Shown here in pieces: positions 25,720-38,854 of a stretch of DNA of 64,000 bases (positions are counted from its first letter, which is position 1; the number at the start of each line of letters is the position of its first letter). Made by a program: the position numbers and the translations under genes. The notes under the pieces were generated by a model, which searched no databases, was not told the DNA's origin, and saw only the letters and a program-made list of their open reading frames with translations. The stretch is from Eledone cirrhosa (Eukaryota): NCBI GenBank assembly GCA_964016885.1, contig OZ024742.1, positions 189,596,001 through 189,660,000 on the forward strand. Direction: 5' to 3'.

Positions 25720-26060
25720 TATCATCATCATCATCATTTTACGTCCGCTTTTCCCTGCTTGCAAGGGTGGGACGGGAACTGATTCTGGCTTGATTTCTAC
25801 AGCTGGATGCCCTTCCTAACACCAACCTCATTTACAGTGAGTGCTGGGTGCTTTTTTGCCGTGGCACCTCCACGACCACTTTACAGTGGAATGATAAGGA
25901 CCCCAATCCCTATCATCTCATTTCTACAGCTGAGTAAACTGGAGCAATGTGAAATAAAGTGTCTTGCTCAAGGAAACAACACATCACCCGGTCTGAGAAT
26001 TGAACTCACAACCTTTCGATTGCAAGGCCAATACTCTAACCACTAAGCCATGTGCCTCCA
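25720..26060 (-). mobile_element. SINE family A, full length
   Basis: As 13088. Confidence 0.9.
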
Positions 26061-26084
26061 TAACTTAATAAATATAATATATAC

Positions 26085-27270
26085 ACTTATAGCTGAATCT
26101 ATGGTAGAACTAGAGAAGAAATTCCAAACTTGGAAGCAGGGACTAGAAAGAAAGGGTCTCAAAGTCAACCTGACAAAGACTAAGGTCCTTTTAAGTAGAC
26201 GAGAAAACAGAAGCCAGATCCCCTTGGGGAAATGGCCTTGCTCAGTATGTAGGAAAGGTGTAGGTAGGAACTCCATTCTCTGCCCCAAATGCAAACAATG
26301 GGTACACAAGTGATGTAGCGGGATCTCAGGAAGCTTAACTAATAATGTAGGCTTCACATGTAGCAGCTGTGCTGGGACAGCAAGCAGCAAACAGCCACAG
26401 GAAACAAGTACCACCAAACTCTGGGAGGGCTCTGTAGAAACAGTAGACAGCTTCTGCTACCTAGGTGACTAAATTAGCAGCGGAGGTGGGTGTTCGGAAA
26501 GTACAATAACTAGGGTAAGAACGGGATGGAAGAAGTTCAGGAAGCTACTGCCACTGCTAGCTGCAAAAGGCTTTTCCCTCAAAATGAAAGGCAGACTGTA
26601 TGATGCGTGTATACGAACAGCAATGTTACATGGTAGTGAGACCTGGGCGCTGTCTGTGGAAGACTTGCGTAGATTAGAAAGAAATGAAGCCTGCATGCTC
26701 CGATGGATGTGTAATAGTAATATATGCGAATGGCAAAGTATAAATGAATTGAAAGAGAGACTGAGCATAAGAGGAATCAAATGCTGCATGCAGGAGAGGC
26801 GGTTGCATTGGTATGGACATGTGATGCGTATGAAGGATGACAGCTGCATAAAAAGGTGCAGAGCACTAGAAGTCGATGGAAACTGTGGAGTGGGGAGACC
26901 CAAGAAGACCTGGGATGAGGTGATAAAAGCCGACCTTACCCAATTACACCTCTCAAAGGCGATGACACACGACCATGACCTCTGGCGTCATGCAGGATAT
27001 ACAGAAGCTGAAGCATATAGACAATATGCCCCCACACCCTCCCACTGCAAAGTGGACATGTAGGCACCACGGAAAAAAGCATCCAGCACTCACTGTAAAT
27101 GTGGTTGGTGTTAGGAAGGGCACCCAGCTGTAGAAATCAAGCCAGAATCAGTTCCCAAAGGAGCAAGACAAGGTCAGCCGACTGGACACTGCCCACAACT
27201 GGACAACCCATCTAACCCATGCTAACGTGGAAGACCGGACGTAAAACAGTGATGATGATGACGATGACAT
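26085..27270 (+). mobile_element. 5'-truncated RTE LINE
   Basis: LIAES, GLKVNLTKTK, PHD-like CSVC..C..C..WVH, MLHGSETW, WYGHVMR, GRPKKTW; in-frame stops. Confidence 0.92.
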
Positions 27271-27272
27271 AT

Positions 27273-27311
<39 letters not shown>

Positions 27312-27334
27312 CACACGTATATATATATATATAT

Positions 27335-27529
27335 AACAAAGGAAATGTGGTAAGGAACCAGGTGGACCATAACGCACCAAAGTACTCAATACTTAGGGTA
27401 GTAGAGTGGGTAATAGGAACGAGTAGGACCCCGACGGCTGAGGTCAAGCCGTTTCGACAGCTAATTCTGGACTAGTTCAGAATTAGCCGTCGAAACAGCT
27501 TGAACTCAGCCGTCCGGGTCCTACTCGTT

Positions 27530-27534
<5 letters not shown>
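27335..27534. repeat. PLE-like terminal repeat with palindrome 27413-27534 holding two hammerhead 3' halves
   Basis: Minus arm reads GTC GAAA CGGCT TGACCTC AGCCG TC GGGG; plus arm is a near copy; no CUGANGA. Confidence 0.7.
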
Positions 27535-27562
<28 letters not shown>

Positions 27563-27987
27563 GAGAGACAGAGAGATAATGGTGTTTATATGTATCATCC
27601 TCATCATAATCACAAATTTACATCTATTTTCCATGCTTGCATGGGTTAGGAAGGTTTTCACATTCTGAAGGAAGACAAGCCAGATGATTGTGTCTTGCTC
27701 ATATGTTCCATTTTGGCATGAATTCTACAGCATGATGCCTTTCCTAATGTCAACTACTTGACAGCATGTATTCAGTTCATTTTCTCATGGTACCACCACC
27801 ACTGTAGTCTGACCAGCTGGACAAGGTACAATTTTCATGAAACTAGCATTACCTCTTCACTGTGTAAGCTGGTAGAATTTTATCATGACTCCAGCTCTGC
27901 CACATTTCATTACTAGGATGCCTGTATCTCTAGCAAGACTGGAAGGAGAATGATAGGGAGTAAGGGAATGAAAGTCTGGTTTATATA

Positions 27988-28445
27988 TCATCATCATCAT
28001 CATCATCATCATCAACGTTTAACGTCCGTGTTCCACGCTTGCATGGGTTTGGACGAGGGTATTCCCACTTGAGGCAAGAGTGATTGTCTTGCTCGCATAG
28101 GACTGTCTGGCAGGTTTTCTACAGTTGGATGCCCTTCCTAACACCAACCACATTTACAGTGTGGGACTGGGAGGTTTTTACCGTGTTGCCTACACGGCCA
28201 CATTACAGCGTGGACTGTGTGTTTTTTTTGTCGTGACACCTACACGATCTCATTTGTTTCGGCCTGGATGTTGTGGCACCAACATAACTTTACATAGGAG
28301 GGGGTGGTGTGGATGGAGTGTGGGTGGTGGGACGTGGGTGTATTTTGTTAGAGATGCCTACTGGCTGTAGTAGGTTTTACTATGTATTTAGGTAAGGCGG
28401 GTCTTCTCTATTACTGAGTACCGCCAAAGGTCTCGGTCCAGTGAC

Positions 28446-28450
<5 letters not shown>
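27988..28450 (-). mobile_element. RTE 3' end, same subfamily as 10714-11657
   Basis: Reverse complement of 11200-11657. Confidence 0.88.
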
Positions 28451-28483
<33 letters not shown>

Positions 28484-30217
28484 AACTATGATTGGAACTA
28501 TGATTGGGAAATCCTTCATTTGATTGCTGGCTGATGAGAATTTCTTCGTCCATAACTTGCTTGTTATAGATTTATTATTAATTGATGACCAGCAGATTCT
28601 CTATGGAATTTTAAACAGTACTGTACTAGCTTACATGTGGATTTTTGTAATCTGGCAGATTTTTGTGTGCTAAACTTGGGGGATACTGGCTATTTTAATT
28701 GATAAAAATGTAAGTACTTTAACGTTTTCATATGTTAATCTGTCGATACAATAATTACATTGTTTTCATAGATTTAGACTTTTGGCTGGGGATGTTGTAT
28801 TACAATTACTCCTATGTGTATGCTCCGAATGAATTTGTTGAGCAAATTGTAAACAATAGATCAAAATTACTGGATATCAATCTAAACCCTTCGATTGTGT
28901 TGTTATTTCTGTTTACCTTTTACATATATATATATATCATGGTGTTTGTACATGCACATATACAGTAGGACTACATTTTATGAAATTGGTTCCTGAAACC
29001 CTTACATAATTGAAAAAGAGGTATATGTTGAAAACCTTATATAAAAGTGCCAATGTATGGTGATGTATTGGAGGAGACAAAGTGCCAGGTACTTTGCAAG
29101 TTCAGAAATCTTAGGAAAAGAATAATAGTAGGAGGAGTTAAGGGTTTCTCCCTTACATTAGCTGATGCAATTCCACATGGAACAGAATGTTATGAGTATG
29201 ATAGCGTTTTGAATGTTTCAAAAATATTTTCCAATTACCTATCAGATATAGTTGGATATAAGCTGATCTAAATATAAACTAACCTCCCATTTTATGTTTG
29301 AGAAATAGGTAAAAACTCAACCCCCGAAGTATAGGACAAGAGATAATCAACACATAATGTTTAGGTGGTGCAGTTTTGAAATTCTCATGTGTAGAGAACA
29401 CATTTATAAAGTTTTAATATTTTGATCTTTACAATGTTTTAAGTGTCATTTAGAATATTGTTTTTCTTTCACAACTCCATTACGTAATGATTTTTTAAAA
29501 CATTATATCCATTTTATACAGTTTCAACAAGTTTCTTGAATTTTTGTTTACTTCTGGCAACTCACATGCTGGGAATATTTCGTCATCTCCCAAATGTAAT
29601 TGATTTTTATTTAATATACACATTGAATGAAATGTGTGCTTTAAAAACTTGGAAACCATTTAACATCATACAAGTATTAAAGCTTTAGGTAGATTTTTAC
29701 TATTTCACTCATTTCATGCCAGCACACCCCTCATTCAGTTAATTAAAATATAAATAATTTTCGACCGTCTTTGAAGTCTAAATTCATTCAAAACATCAAA
29801 AACGATAAGATAAACAAATTTAACCTTCAAAGTGAAACGTGTGTGCATGTGGGTACGTATATTTGTGTCTGTATGCATCTGTGTGCAGGGAATATTTATA
29901 TATTAAAAAGTTTAAATTCTAAAAATTGTTTAAGAATGTTCTTAAGCAAATACATAAATAACACTCATGACGATCTAGTAAATGTAGAAAAATGGTGTTT
30001 CATTGTAAAATAATCACTCTAGAAATGTTGGTATATTATCTACATAGAATTCAAAATAGGTGAAAATCGGCAAAATATTGACCTTGAATATAAGTCAACC
30101 CCCATTTTACCATCAATGTATTTGTCACATATTTCTTAGTTTATAAACAGTATGTTCAAAATGGCACAATATATAATGCAGCCCCACTGTCTTACTTAAG
30201 TTACATACTTATATATA

Positions 30218-30405
30218 CAGTGAAATTCCGTTATAACGAAATTCATGGAGTATAAAAAAACATTTGTTGTAACGAAAAATTTTTAATAACGAGATCGACT
30301 AAAACAAATCAAGTGGTTGTTTGCTATTACTTCGGGGATTGACAAAAATGTCATTATACTGAAAAATTCGTTATAATGGTATTCGTTATAAAGGAATTTT
30401 ACCTG
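30218..30405. mobile_element. Tc1/mariner (Tigger-like) MITE
   Basis: TA|CAGTGAAATTCCGTTATAACGAA ... TTCGTTATAAAGGAATTTTACCTG terminal inverted repeats. Confidence 0.7.
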
Positions 30406-30784
30406 AATTACATATATTTTTTCTGTCTAACCCATGGTAGCATGGAAAACGGATGTTAAACGATGATGATGTTTTCTTGTCAGTACTGTTTGAAGCTGTT
30501 TCTATGATTCAGCTGAGGGTTTTTTTAAGAAAGAGTAGTGATGGTAACATTCCATATGGATGTGTGTTGTATATGTGTACATGTTATTTGACTATTGGTC
30601 ACCACTTAGCTAATCCACTATAAGCTGAAACTTTTAAAACTTTTTTTCTATATGTAAACCCAACTATTGATCCATGAAGATGCCTTGACTGGAATAAAAC
30701 ACATTATGTTGATGAGGTTCAATAAGGCCAGAACATGTCTGTAGCTATCCACATGTTTACAAATAAAGATCAACATTTTTCCGT

Positions 30785-31185
30785 CTTCTTCTTCTTCACC
30801 CACTTATTCCTGAAAGGGTTGTGGGTGCAGTGTCTTCAGGCACTCGCTCCAACGGGTCCTCTCGGAAGCAACCATCTCCAACTGATTCAGCTGGATCCCC
30901 AAGCGAGACCAGCCAACCACGTGGATGTTATCCAACCATCTTGCTCTGGATCTGACCCTGGGTCTCCCGTTGGTTGGTTTTGCCCATAAAAATCTATCTA
31001 GTGATTCTTTCCTGAGACATCCTAACCACATGTCTATAGTATCGGAGCTGTGATCTCTCAATTTGTAGAAGTAATGGCTCTACATGGATTGACTCTCTGA
31101 TCACCGAGCTATGCACTCTATTGAGTAACATTACTCTAAAGACCCTTTGGAGGAACCACATTTTGGCTACTTGTATCCACAATCA
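30785..31185 (-). mobile_element. RTE LINE 3' fragment, (GAA)n tail
   Basis: VEPLLLQIERSQLR, KPTNGRPRVRSRARW. Confidence 0.8.
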
Positions 31186-31745
31186 TAATTAATTCTTAGG
31201 TTTTAAAAAATGATATCCACTTATCTATGGGGGTTGCCCATAATTACTGCTAACATTGTTTTCTTTCTCCAACTAAGAAGGAAATAACTTCTCATAGCTC
31301 AGTGATGAAGTATTTCATTAACTTATTTATATTCATGTCATTAGCCTACTTGAGTTATTTCTCTTCATACATTTTACTTTTTGATTATACAAAAATAAAG
31401 ACAAAGAATAATTACTAAATTAATTACTTCAATTTGATATCAGTTTAATTCAATTAAAAATGTTAATCAAAGATGTGTCTAAAATTTCCAAAAATATTTT
31501 GAGAAAATATAGATCTTAGGATCATATTCTTTATTACTCTATAAATATTGGTGCTGCATTAGTTAACCCTTTTCTTACTATATTTCTATGAAAGAGATGA
31601 CATGGTTTTCACATAATTTTCCAGATAAAAAAATTTGGATGGATTTAGTAAAATAACAATTGTTTTCCCTTATTAAGCTGTTGTTTGGAACATAACAAAG
31701 GTTCTTCATTAAATTATGATGGAATTATATATATATATATATATA

Positions 31746-32476
31746 TCTTCCTCTTCCAGTGTGTCCATGTAGGGGCTCCCACAGGAGCACTGAGTGCAAT
31801 GTCAACTCTGGATGTCGGTGACCATGTCCAGCTAACCTCAGTCTCCTCTGTATCACTTTTGAGCTGACTTTTGGGAGGCTCCCATACAGCTCTGAGTTTT
31901 TCATCCTCAGTGTATACTGATTAATGTTCAGAGCCATCCTCAGCATTCTCGTGCAGCACCCATCCACCATCTGAGTGAGTTTCTTGGTCAGTGTCCAAGT
32001 CGCAGACCCATACAGCAGCACAGACTCCACTACAGCAATGAAGAGGCAGATTTTCAGGTCTTTACGAAGGTTCGACTTCCACACCAATCTGAAGCTGTGG
32101 CATGCCGTCCAGGCCTTGCTCTTCCTCTCAACCACATCATCTTCCGTATTCCCAATCTTTGCTCCCAAATACAGGAAGCCCTCAACCAATTCTAGTGGCT
32201 TCCCGCCTACATCAGTGATCCTCTCTGGCTTCTCAACATTCTCTACCAGATATTTTGTTTTAGTCTCATTCATTCTCAACCTCCCGCATCAAATCCTCTG
32301 CCTCCTTCACTGTATTTTTAGGAATATACGGGTTAACGTATGTTGATGCCCTAAGGACAGACACTGGTCTGTTGGAGACGCAGGACATGGCAGCAATAAT
32401 GAGGGACAGAGACCGCTGGAGAGAAGTCGTCCATGGATCTCGGGAATTTTACCCGCCCTAGATAGATAGATAGATA
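31746..32476. mobile_element. RTE LINE with 5' inversion
   Basis: Minus 32325-31746 ends LWEPLHGHTGRGR; plus 32329-32460 continues RLTYVDALRTD...DRDRWR* then (TAGA)n. Confidence 0.85.
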
Positions 32477-32484
32477 TATATAAT

Positions 32485-32660
32485 TTTTTCTACTTTTGGC
32501 ACAAGGCCAGCAATTATCCCAGTGTATTACAGGTACTTTATACTATCGACCCCATAAGGATGAAAGACAAAGTTAACCTCGGTGGGATTTGAACTCAGAC
32601 CATAAAGGGCCATAACTCTTTGCTGCAAAGTATGGCGTCCGACCCTCTACCGATACTGCA
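32485..32660 (-). mobile_element. SINE family B
   Basis: Reverse complement of family B. Confidence 0.85.
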
Positions 32661-34155
32661 TGTATGTATGTGCGTGTGTGTGTGTGTGTGTAAACTTTGA
32701 AATAAACAGTCTTGTATCATATCTATTTTTCCTGGTTGTATGGGATAAACAGCTGTCACATGCTGAGACCAGAATGGTCAGGTGACTAGGTCCTACTCAT
32801 ATGCTTTGTTTCGACTTGGTTTCTATGAATGGATTCCCTTCCTAACACCAACCACTTTACAGAGTGGATTGGGAGCATTTTATCATGACTCCAACACTAC
32901 CACCTTACAGAGTAAACTGGGTGCTTCTTTTTCATACCAGCACTAACACCTTACAAGGGTGGACTGGATGCTTTTGTAGAGGCACCAGCATACTATTTCA
33001 TTGCAGCACTACGGTGCTTAATGTACGTGGTCATGCCGGGTGGGGGTGAGGATGTGATCCATCATTTTATTGCTGGAGGGAGCTGGTCATGGTGATCCCT
33101 TGGTGGCCTAAAAGGAGGACATTTACATATTGCTTTGGGCATGTGATTGGGTGATGTCTATCATTTAGGGGTGTGCCAGGCATTCCTGGGTTGAGAGAGT
33201 GTTGGGAATGCAGGGAAAGGTGAATCAGTCAAAGTTCCGGCTAAATTTCAATGCTAGCATGGGTTGGCCAAAGAAGTCAGGAGTATATTGGGAGGTCAAG
33301 AACTGTCCTTCTTTGAGTTTCAGTTGGAGAAGGGAATTAAGAACATGCTGGTAGGGATTCTAGGAATATACTGGCAAATGTGAGATGGGAGTTGAGTGTT
33401 GCAAAACCTATGCTTCATTCTTTGCCCCATTATAATTATAGATGGGGTCACATTGCTTCTCTGCCTATATACAAGATATTCCCCCAAAATATATACACAC
33501 TTCAACAGCATTTCAATAAATATTGCCTGTACAGGTAATCAAAGTGTGTATATATTTTGGGGGAACACCCTGTATAAGTTACCTTTTAGCCATGACTTAC
33601 TCCTCTTACTTTCACTTCCCCCCTCATTCCATTTTCTTTCTTTTTCTTTCTTTTTTTCTTTGTCCTCTATGACCTCTTCACCAGGTAACACATCCTGGAG
33701 TATCTTTTTATTTTCCACTGATTTATCTCTGACCAGTCAGGGGTGTAGCCCTGTCTCTCAGCCAATATAATTCCTCTCTTAACTCTGTCTATTCAACATG
33801 CATTTTTCTTAACCACATTTTAAAGACTTGTATAAATATGCAATTATTCATCATATATTTGTATATTTGTGTTTGTGATTTATCCAATGTTCCAATGAGT
33901 CCATTGTTCACTCAGTTATAGTTTTCATTCTGTTAATGTTATATCTTTGGACAGTGATAGATGTAGCATACTGCATTTCATCATGATAAAACATATTGTT
34001 GACTTGAAGTATGCAAAATTGTAACATAAGAGATAGCTGATGATGTTTGTGTTGTTTTCCTTGCTTTTGTCTCCCATTCATTTATTGTCTCTGCTTCACT
34101 TATTTTTTTCCTGTATATATATATATAGTATATATATAGTATATATATATATATA

Positions 34156-34321
34156 CCGTATTTCCCGGCATCAAAGATGCTATTTTTTCCTAAAATAAGT
34201 CTCAAAAATCTACCATGCATCCTAGAGGTCGAAGGTTGTTTATTATTTTTTTTCAAATTTTTGGTTGTCAATATTAGGGTGCGTCCTCGAGGATGAAGCA
34301 TCTTCGGTACTGGGAAATACA

Positions 34322-34322
<1 letters not shown>
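34156..34322. mobile_element. Tc1/mariner-type MITE in (TA)n
   Basis: TA|CCGTATTTCCCGGCATCAAAGATGC ... GCATCTTCGGTACTGGGAAATACAG|TA. Confidence 0.75.
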
Positions 34323-34407
<85 letters not shown>

Positions 34408-34489
34408 CAGGTAGTACTGTGAAATCAAGCACCCTATGCTCAGACAGAGTGTATATAATAGAAAAAAACATGGAAGTTTCGTTTACAAC

Positions 34490-35445
34490 ATCGTCATCAT
34501 CATCATCATCATCACCGTTTTACGTCCGTTCTTTCACGCTAGCATGGGTTAGACGGGTTGTCCTGTTGTGAGCAGTGTCTGGTCGGCTGACCATGCCTTG
34601 CTCATACAGGAACTGATTTTGGCTTGATTTCTACAGCTGAATGCCCTTCCTAACACCAACCTCATTTACAGTGAGTGCTGGGTGCTTTTTCCGTGGCACC
34701 TACACGTCCAGTTTACAGTGTGGGCTGGGTGCTTTTTTGCCTTGGCACCTCCATGACCACCTTGCAGTGGGAGGGTGTGGGGGAATATTGTCAATATGCT
34801 TCAGCTTGTACCCATGGGAGGTCGGATACTCTGTATTACTGCGTGACGCCAGAGGTCACGGTCGTGTGTCATCGCCTTTGAGAGGTGTAATTGGGTAAGG
34901 TCAGCTTTTATCACCTGTCCCAGGTCTTCTTGGGTCTCCCCACTCCGCGGTTTCCATTGACTTGTAGTGCTCTGCACCTTTTTATGCAGCTGTCATCCTT
35001 CATACGCATCACATGTCCATACCAATGCAACCGCCTCTCCTGCACACAGCATTTGATTCCTCTTATGCTCAGTCTCTCTCTCAATTCATTTATGCTTTGT
35101 CGTTCGTGTATATTACTATTACACATCCATCGGAGCATTCAGGCTCCATTTCTTTCTAATCTACGTAAGTCTTCCACCTTCAGCGCGCAGGTCTCACTAC
35201 CATGTAACATTGCTGTTCGGATACACGCATCATACAGTGTGCCTTTCATTTTGAGGGAGAAGCCTTTTGCAGCTAGCAGTGGCAGTAGTTCCCTGAACTT
35301 CTCCCATCCCGTTCTTACCCTAGTTATTGTACTTTCTGAACACCCACCTCTGCTGCTAATTCGGTCACCTAGGTAGCAGAAGCTGTCTACTGTTTCTACA
35401 GAGCCCTCCCAGAGTTTGGTGGTACTTGTTTCCTGTGGCTGTTTG
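34490..35445 (-). mobile_element. 5'-truncated RTE LINE, same subfamily as 26085
   Basis: DSFCYLGD, GWEKFREL, WYGHVMR, GRPKKTW. Confidence 0.92.
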
Positions 35446-35475
35446 TACATATGAAAAATATTTATTGCATGTCAA

Positions 35476-35565
35476 CCTGTTACACACGTTTCACAGAGAA
35501 TTGGCTCAAGGTAACCCATAGGAGTTATGGACCCGACTCCAGTATCGATCTGCTCCTCAGACTGG
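35476..35565 (-). ncRNA. Type I hammerhead ribozyme motif
   Basis: CCAGT CTGAGGA GCAGA...TCTGT GAAA CGTGTG TA ACAGG. Confidence 0.78.
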
Positions 35566-35598
35566 TGATGCAACAAAAATATATCTTTTGTCGCATCA

Positions 35599-35688
35599 CC
35601 AGTCTGAGGAACAGATCGATACTGGAGTTGGGTCCATAACTCCTATGTATCACCTTGAGCCAATTCTCTGTGAAACGTGCGTAACAGG
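35599..35688 (+). ncRNA. Type I hammerhead ribozyme motif
   Basis: CCAGT CTGAGGA ACAGA...TCTGT GAAA CGTGCG TA ACAGG; AATAAA at 35698. Confidence 0.82.
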
Positions 35689-37057
35689 TCGGCATGCAAT
35701 AAATATTTTTCATATGTAACCAAAACTTTTCCAAAGACAGTTTAGCACTGGGGTCGATTTAGTTGACTTTTCTTCCCCAAAATTGCTGGCCTTGTGCCTA
35801 AATCAGAAACCATTATTTAAGGGCATTGGATTGTCAATATCAGTAGAGCACTGGACACCCTGCTTCACACTATAGAGTTACAACTCTTTACATTTTAAGA
35901 TCAAATCCTGCCATGGTTAGCTTTGTCTTTCATCCTTATGGTGTCAATAAAATAAAGTTCCAGTCATGCACAGGGGTTGAGTTAATCACCCCCCCCCCCC
36001 CCAAAAAAAAAAATTGCTGGCCTTGTGCCTAAATCAGAAACCATTATTATTTGTGGTGTGTACTTCACAAATTTTTTAATATGACTTACATATTATTACC
36101 TTAATATAAGCCATGGGAGGGGAAATTGGGTAGATAGAAACTATGAGAGGGAGAGATAGATGGGAGGTAGAAAGAGGGAGATATTGCTTCTGGGAGAAAA
36201 AATAAAGAGATGTAGAGCAAAAAAAGAGAAAAGTAGGAGGGAGAAATAGATATTGTTGATGGGAGAGAGAAAGGTGAGGATGAGAGAGATAAGGCGAAAG
36301 AGAAAGAGAGGTAGAGGAGGGAGAAATAATTAGATATTGCTACTGAGACAGTTAGACAGATGGATAGAGCATACAAGACATTGTATCAATACAATCAAAA
36401 CAAATTATTGAAAGGGCAGATGATATATAACACCAACAGACATGAGAAGAATATCATTGTTTCATTATCATCCTCATCATTTAACATCAGACTTCTCTGT
36501 TAGCAAGTGTCGGATGGGTTGTCAAAGTATAATTAGTACTACTGACCTCAGAAATGAACTGGGTTGTATAACTCACTTACATATGTTTCAATGCTCTATA
36601 TAATGTTTTGGCTGTGTTTTATAATGACACCAGCACTAGGGAGGTTGACATGTGCTTGACACAACTGCAGTGTCTTCTCCCTTTGATAAGTAAATTTCCT
36701 ATGGCTGGGTGTCCTTATCACCAACAAAACAAATTGAAAGAGCAGATGATATATGAAACCAACAGACATGAGAAAAACTATAATGTTAGTTTTTATCTGT
36801 TATTTGTATTTTATATTGATTTATTCTTTTTTATTTATTGTAAGTTATGCTTGAGCAGTGGATTATCAGAATGATTAGTATAGGACAAAATGGTTGATTG
36901 TATTAAGCTATGGCTCAGTACCTTCTGAGTTCAAATCCCAGAGGTTAACTTTACCATTCATCCTTCCAAGGTGGTTAAGATAAAATACCATTCACATACA
37001 GCAGTTGATATAATCTACTTTCTTCTCACCATAGATGGTTGGTCTTTTGCTTAAATT

Positions 37058-37242
37058 GGTGGATTGGCAGTATCAGTAGAGCGTCGGACGCCATGCTTTC
37101 CAGCATAGTTACATCCCTTTACGATCTGAGTTCAAATGCCGCCGAGGTTGACTTTGCCTTTCATCCTTACGGGGTCGATAAAATAAAGTACCAGTAATGC
37201 ACTGGGTAATTGCTGTCCTTGTGCCTAAAGTAGAAACAATTA
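37058..37242 (+). mobile_element. SINE family B
   Basis: Near-identical to 48808-48997. Confidence 0.88.
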
Positions 37243-38644
37243 TAGGTTAAGCATGAAACAATGATTTGATAAAGATTTTAAGGCATTTGATAGAAGGCTT
37301 AGTGATGTTCCTTCCAGATCTTTATGTTTAAATCCCAACTAGGCAAACTTTAGCTTTTGTCTTCTTGTGGTTAATAAAATAAAATATCAGTCAAGTGTAG
37401 TTGATTTCCAGAAATGTTAATATCAAACAGGATGTCTTGAATCATTTGTTGCAGATTTTTTAATTTTGAGTTGAAATACTGTTGTGGTCAAAATATAGTT
37501 TACTTTACCAAAGTCTCAAATCAAACCATGCCTTTTTTTGTCATTGTCTGAAAAGACTGTGAGCTGCATTTAAGAGAGCCGGTCAAATTTTATTCACAAA
37601 GTTCACTTAAAAGCCATTGATGATTACATAAATATGAAAAAGACAGATAAAAACAAAATTATGTAATGAGAAAAAGGGAAAGGGGTAAAGAAGGGCAGAT
37701 CTGGCTGTATGGGAAAGTAGAGGAAAGGACTATAAATGCCATAAATGAGAGGAAAAGGTGGGCAAATGCAAGGACTCTAGGGCCACTAAAGAAGAAAAGG
37801 AGTGAGGAATGGGTTATAAATAAAGTTGGGTAGATGGAAACTGTTTAGAAATCCATATTTGGTGACATCAGAAACCAAGTCGATTTGAAACAAAGCTAGC
37901 CTGAGCTTCACTTTCAGTAAAGTGGCTGATTAGAAATAAGCTATATATTTTCATTGTATTTGCTCTAAAAAAGAATTTAACTATTCTGATACCAAACTGC
38001 CTCCAACTGTCTTTGGTTCTATGACACTAAGCTATTTATTTTAAAGTGTTCATATCTAAATTAAAATTTTCCATCATAATTTTATGTAAGAACCTTTGTA
38101 ATGTTCAAAACACCAGCTTAATAATGACAAAGTTAACTATATTATTAAATCCTCCAAGTTCTTGAGTATTTAAAAAAAAATGTTTTTAAATATAGAAATA
38201 TCATAATAAAAGGGTTAAATATATTTACACAGGTATGGCTGTGTGGGTAGTAGTTTGCTTTATAACCATATGATATGAGATTCAGTCTCTCTGTATAGCA
38301 CCATAACAAAGTTGAGTGAAATTTGGAAGAGAGAAACTGTCCAGAAGCTCCTTGTGGCTGGAGGTGTGTAGTGTAAGTGTATGTAGTGTGTGTGTGTAGG
38401 TGTGTGAGACTGTGTTTATGTCAGGAGAGCTGGCCAGCAGAAGATCTTCAGAGAAGAAACTGTCAGGAGAGCTGGACAGTAGAAGATCTTCACTTAACCA
38501 TTGCTGATTGCTTATTCCTGTAACTTTGCAGTTCATTGAATACAGACAGATCTTTTTTAGCAGCATTGGTAATACTACGTATAAGGAGATCATCATCATC
38601 ATTATCACAGATGTATGTCCATTTTTCCACGTTAGCATGTGTTG

Positions 38645-38792
38645 GAAGAGTTATCCTGCTGTGAGATAAGCCACAAGAGTTATCCTGCTGTGAGATAAGC
38701 CAGAAGAGTTATCCTGCTGTGAGATAAGCCAGAAAAGTTGTCCTGCTGTGAGATAAGCCAGAAGAGTTATCCTGCTGTGGCATAAGCCAGAT
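38645..38792. repeat. 29-bp tandem repeat, 5 copies
   Basis: GAAGAGTTATCCTGCTGTGAGATAAGCCA, head to tail. Confidence 0.92.
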
Positions 38793-38854
38793 CAGATGAC
38801 TGTATCTTGCTCATAGAGAACTGTTTCTGGCTTGTTTATTTTACCAAACCACAT

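Larger units (their letters stand above)
35446..35718. repeat. Fold-back (arms about 135 bp) with two outward-facing hammerheads
   Basis: Axis near 35582; arms differ mostly by transitions. Confidence 0.92.

Noticed and set aside
38645-38792. 29-bp repeats resembling a CRISPR array
   Set aside because: Units are head to tail with no spacers, no cas genes are present, and the context is a eukaryotic retroelement
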